Assembly (NCBI RefSeq): GCF_023055435.1
Contig: NW_025963891.1
Span: forward strand, 20,336,001 to 20,400,000
Length of the DNA: 64,000 bases
From: Haliotis rufescens
Lineage: Eukaryota
Direction of reading: 5' to 3'
The notes below the pieces were generated by a model. That model worked only from the letters and a program-made list of their open reading frames with translations. It searched no databases and was not told the DNA's origin. How positions within the stretch are numbered: position 1 is the first letter of the stretch; every line of letters starts with the position of its first letter. A program made the translations under genes and the position numbers. Positions 58,901 to 64,000 of this stretch are shown here, piece by piece.

Positions 58901-61900
58901 AATCTTTTGTGGGGTCATTCAGCGATGTCATTGTTTATTATTGACAATCATTTTTACAGGAGGTCGCATGTCAACATCGCGAAAACCAGGAGATGACACT
59001 TGCACTGTCGACTTGGGAGCTCAGTATTTCACCTTGACACCACAATACAAGACCAAGAGACAAAGGTTGATTCACAGGGACTACTTTTGTTTTGTTGATT
59101 TACAGATACATTTTTCTCTAATAAAAAAAATTATGAACTAAATTTTTGTTTTGTTTGTGATTGCAGCTCATTTCAGCTGAATCTGCAAACAGAAAAAAAA
59201 TAAAAAGACACCTTCATATATAATCAAGAGAATCTGAAGAATCAGTGAAGCAGAAATAATAAAATGAGCTGTAATTATTTAAAACATAGGGCAAATGCAC
59301 CAGAATAAATTAAATAAATGAAAACTGTCAATTTTCCTCATTGTCCAATTGCAGCCTGGTAATCTCAGTCTTCATTGCTGAAGAGTGTACAAATGACAAC
59401 AGATAACCATCACCCTCTCTGTTGCAGTCTGTTTGATGAGCTGGAGTCTGCTGGAGTATTTAAACCCTTCAAGGGCGTGTTAGAGGGAGACAACTCCGTC
59501 GACTGCCGGCATTATGTGACGCCAGCAGGAAGTGGATCTCTCGTCAAACACTACCTCGCTAAATCAGGTAATTTATGTCCTTGTACAACCCAAGCTGACC
59601 ATGAGGCACTGGAAGGTCAACAGTGACATTGCCATCTCCTCCTACCCCAGCTCATCAAATGAATATGCATTACAGCCATTAAGCTACAGTACTATGAAAT
59701 CAATGCCAATGAAAAAAGAGAGTGTCACTTACATTAAAAACTTGATGCATATTTATCTGGACATGTTGTCAGGTTCACAGCACAGAAAAAAGGACATAAG
59801 TCATTATAAAGCAGCCAGAATGAATATTACTTTCAATATTAAGATTCTTCCACTCAATACAGGGTTAATAGTCACAGCAATACCTTTGACATGATATTTA
59901 ATTAGACACAACCTGTAAAGATCAGGGGTAGAATATGTCTTCAGCAACCCATGCTTGTCGTAAAAGGCGACTATGCTTGTTGGGATCCGGTGGTCAGACT
60001 TGCTGACTTGGTTGATGCGTGTCATTGTATCCCAATTCCGTGGATTGATGCTCATGATGTCAATCACTGGATTGTCTGGTCCAGACTTGATTATTTACAG
60101 ATGGCCGTCATATAGCTGGAATATTGCTGAGTGCGGCGTTAAACAACAAACAAACAAATGCAGGTAAGCAGGGAAACAAGCGGGTATCCCAATGGCGTGG
60201 ATCGATGCTCAGGATGTCAGTCACTGGATTGTCTGTTCCAGATTTGATTATTTACAGACTGCCGTCATATAGCTTGAATATTGCTGAGTGCGGTGTTAAA
60301 CAACAAACAAACAAACAAAAGACATGGTAAACACCTTTCAATTACATGACAGCGTCCATTTGATTCAAACACTGTAAACCCTTTTTTTTTAGCTGTATAA
60401 ACCGCTATATACATTTTGGCCAACAAAATTATGTGTGTTTCTAATTTCAACCCTTCAAAATATGGTATAGGTAGGTCGTTTGGGTTTTTTGAGAGGGGTT
60501 TTTAAACCTTACTTCTTTCATAAACGGTAATTTGGTGTATGGGAGTGAAAGCAAGCTTTCAAATGAAGACAATGACTGGAGGATCTATAGCATGTATAGT
60601 TATTTTATTGTTGAGAAAAACAGAAAGAAGGGCCAGAGTTCAGATTAGGGTCAGTCACTTAGCCAGAAACACACATGTATTTAGGGGTCGTACCCAGTGG
60701 ATAAGACTGATGTATTTGTGTACAAGGTGCTGAGGCCAAGTATGAGCACCACATATCTCAGGTGGACTTCAAGTCAGGAGATGGTCAAGCGGTCCAGGTG
60801 ACAACTCAGGCAGGCACCAGTCAGGAGTTTGATGCTGTCATACTGACCATGCCAGTACCCCAGATTCTCCAGCTTAAAGGCGCCATACAGCAAAGTATAG
60901 GTAAGTGACTACTTACAGGAAATGTTTGTTGAGAGCTTGACATCTGTTTTCTTCTACTGTTATCTGTGAGCTGTAGATCCAATGTAGGGAACTCGGGTGG
61001 CCAAGTGACGTGCATGTACGTGTGTGTGTTTGTGTGGTCGCTTGTACTAGTCCGGACTGATGCCAATTTATAGTGCTAGCCCACTGAGATACCATGCCAC
61101 AGTTTAACATGAATACCCCACTCAGACACAGTATACTGACTCCGAGCCAACAAGTGCTTGTTTTAGCCCCTTAATGCCGAGCGCCAGACAGGGTAACAAC
61201 AAGTACCATCTTTTAACGTCTTTTGATATGACATCTTTTAACGTCTTTTGATATGACGCGGCCGGGGATCGAACCCTGGACCTTCCCCTCTCCGGGCAAA
61301 CGCTCTACCACTAGACCACGGAGGCGGTCGGCAGATACAGGGGTACAAGTTGACTATTCATAAGGGGAGACTAGGATTAGGGGTACCTATGGTCCAAGAG
61401 ATTCCATAGGTCATACGTTCTCAGCTGTGACCCACCGAAGGAAGTGTTACCCAGAAAAGGTCCCACGTCTTCTAAATTTGTCAATGGGGGCAGGTGGTTT
61501 TACTATTGGGGCGGTCGGGTACCCTAGTGGTTAAAGCGTTCGCTCGTCACCCCGAAGACCCGGGTTCGAATCCTGACATGGGTACAATGTGTGAAGCCCA
61601 TTTTTGGTGTCCCCCGCCGTGATATTGCTGGAATATTGCTAAAAGCAGCATAAAACCAAACTCACTCACTCACTGGTTTTACTATGTGACTACATTACAG
61701 ATCATCACACCCTGAGGATGTAAATGGTGCTAGAACTGTTTCCAAGTTATTGATCTGAGGCTATGGCATTGCTGAATGACACATAAAACTTCATTCTGCC
61801 ACTCGCTGTTAAAGTTTGAACAGCTGGATGCTGTATATATTTCAACTGGTCACTCCCATGTGAGGTTATGTCTGGAGAAGTTCTTCATCTACAGCTATCA

Positions 61901-63433
61901 TGGCTATAGCATTGCTGATGGACACATAAAACTTAATTCTGTCACTCGCTGTTGAAAGCTGAACAGCTGCATGTTATATATATTTCAGCTGGCCTGTCCA
62001 GTGTGAGGGCGTGTCTGGAGAAGGTGTCGTACTCCTCCCGGTTCTGTCTGGGTCTCTTCTACCCACCAGGAACACAGCTGCCCTTCCAGTGGGATGCCAA
62101 GTACTTCTTTGATGGTCCCTGTATACGATTTGTGGCCATAGATAACAGGAAACGAGGACTGCGTGGTAAACTATTCATAGAATAACCTAAAACTGTGCAT
62201 CATCTGTACTTACCTGGTTGGAATACACTACGTTCATCCAATCACCCATGACTACATGCTTAGCGTTAACCATGACTACACACTTAGTGTAGTCACTATT
62301 TTTACCCAGTGCATCCTGTCACGGCCTGCTCCCAGTCAGAAGGAAACCAGTGTGTATTGAGACAATTTGAAAATAACATGAACAAGAATCTGTCATCTGT
62401 CCAGAATGAATTAATTTTCAAAGTCTTGGGGGAAAAGATATTCTGTGTTGCAGAGTTTGGAGTCAGTTTATCAATATATTGCCCACCGTCTATTTTCTGC
62501 ATCTCCTTGAGGCATGGGTGTTAATTGACTATAAAAGTACAGTTTCCACATTTGCCGACCTTGGCTGGAATTATGGAGGTATATTTTGGCTGGACAAACA
62601 AGTCTGTGCATAGTCCAATCAAAATCAAAATCGACATCCATTTATGAATGCCTTACTGATTTCGGTTCATTTGTTCAGATTGTCTTGCCTTAGCCCCGCC
62701 ATTTCTTTTTAAACAAATGCAAGTGATGTGAGAGGTGGAATCTGATTGGTCAATAGGAGGGACATAGAAGAGACATAACTCATAATGGCCAGTGGTGGCG
62801 CTATGATCAAGCCCAGAAATTTCAGCCTAGTTCGGCAATGGTGGAAGCTTGACTTTAACAGTTATCTCCCTTGACTTGGGAAGACAATTTTCTGAGAAAA
62901 TGTGGAAAAGTGTGGTATCATGAACAATGGATGACTATCTTTTGTTATTTGCAACAATGTATTTGAATGACATCACGTTGCTATGAGCTTCTTTGCAAAC
63001 AGTAGAACAATTGGGACAAACCAGCCAATCAGCATAAAGCCAAAATTATAATTATAGTAATACATGTAATTACTGACATTATTCCTCCTCTATTGATCCT
63101 CCAATGGACAGTCTCAATCTTTATCACCCACATGATATATCTCTGTATGATTTTAATGAGATTGTTCCTATGGGTAATATAGCACTGTGCATGATTCCCC
63201 TTTTGGAATGACAACATAGTGATTTAGCTTGGAGGTTTATTTTGACACTGGTGTGATCTGCCTCAGATGTGCCCCCGTCGGTGCTAGTCCACACCAGCGT
63301 TCCCTTCAGCCTCCAGCACTTGGAGACAGACAAGGAGGCCATGAAGCCCCTGATCATGCAGCACCTGCGTGACATCCTACCTGATCTACCCGAGCCGGAG
63401 GTCGTTAAAAGTCACAAATGGAGGTATTCACAG
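55919..63433 (+). CDS. RNLS: Renalase (FAD-dependent oxidase), exons 1-6; last exon beyond right edge
   Basis: Exons 55919-56036 (MARVLVAGTGITG..WDKS), 58960-59065 (GGRMST..DLGAQYF), 59428-59567, 60727-60900 (FDAVILTMPVPQILQL), 61989-62165 (VSYSSRFCLGLFY..CIRFVAIDNRKR), 63267-63433 (VHTSVPF..KWRYSQ); motifs match vertebrate renalase. Confidence 0.93.
56787..57323. mobile_element. Non-autonomous element with long imperfect inverted termini
   Basis: catcttccc.aggcaag.gagttaactgac..ccacccttgc.gaac.aggctgg at both ends; related copy ~62545-62885. Confidence 0.65.
57353..57699. mobile_element. MITE (same family as 17367-17689)
   Basis: taccgtattcgacgtaataa / ttattatgtcaaatacggta. Confidence 0.8.
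58022..58449 (+). mobile_element. Miniature non-autonomous LTR retrotransposon (TRIM) with tRNA-derived LTRs
   Basis: 161-bp LTRs 58022-58182 and 58289-58449 (TGTAGC..GCTACA), 4-bp TSD CACA, PBS tggtgcccaacaaggggc (58184-58201), PPT aggggag before the 3' LTR. Confidence 0.9.
61508..61674 (+). mobile_element. Full-length SINE S1 with TSD
   Basis: TSD tggttttactat at 61495-61506 and 61674-61685. Confidence 0.9.
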
Positions 63434-63440
63434 GTAAGTG

Positions 63441-63706
63441 ACCCCTGAAGATCCAGAGTAGAATAGGTCTTCAGCAACCCATGCTTCCCGTAAAAGGCGA
63501 CTATGCTTGTCGTAAGAGGCAACCAACGGGATCGGGTGGTCAGGCTCGCTGACATGGTTGATGCATGTCTTCGTATCTCAATTGCGTGGATCGATGCTCA
63601 TGATGTCAATCACTGGATTGTCTGGTCCAGACTCGATTTATTTACAGACCGCCGTCATATAGCTGGAATATGGCTGAGCCCGGCGTTAAACAACAAACAA
63701 ACAAAA
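63441..63706 (+). mobile_element. Full-length SINE S2 with 11-bp TSD
   Basis: TSD acaggtaagtg at 63430-63440 and 63707-63717. Confidence 0.9.
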
Positions 63707-64000
63707 ACAGGTAAGTGGGGACACAACATCATGTCGCTGTGTTTCCCCACAGTTACATCATCATGACCATCATGTATTCAGTGGTTTGTCTGGTCTAGCT
63801 GGACTCACTCACTCACTGGTTCCCCACTGGTCCCCTCTGGTTTGGTGAAGTCAATTCCAGATCCTTGTGTGTGTCGAAAAAGTTAACTACAAAGTGGAAA
63901 AGCTATGTGGAAGTAATCATAACATATTGGCTGAGAAGGGATCCCAGGTCAAAATATAGGCCCAAGGCCTCTCACACTTGAGCTGACAATGGGAATAGGT

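Overview
Eukaryotic, intron-rich, AT-rich animal DNA. The SINE families point to a mollusc, probably a gastropod such as abalone; this is inference. Host genes: a tandem cluster of four minus-strand genes for secreted astacin (M12A) + single MAM-domain metalloproteases. A1 is partial at the left edge; A2, A3 and A4 each have 11 exons with an open reading frame when spliced by hand. Two orphan duplicates of the signal-peptide exon also occur, and a plus-strand renalase (RNLS) gene has exons 1-6 in the window. The rest is a dense transposon landscape: a 7.3-kb PIF/Harbinger with a broken transposase but intact Myb/SANT gene, two Penelope-like elements (one with an inverted pLTR and a hammerhead motif), two Tc1 and one mariner, several MITEs, four SINE families, and a 428-bp miniature LTR element whose LTRs carry a tRNA-Arg-derived Pol III cassette. 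There is also a ~4.9-kb tandem duplication containing a paralog-derived patch, and a 137-N assembly gap. The most unusual items are the tRNA-bearing TRIM, a pseudoknot-capable 5' head on a non-tRNA SINE (candidate ribozyme), and repeated duplication of the astacin promoter/exon 1. All coordinates and splice models were read by eye; nothing was database-searched.
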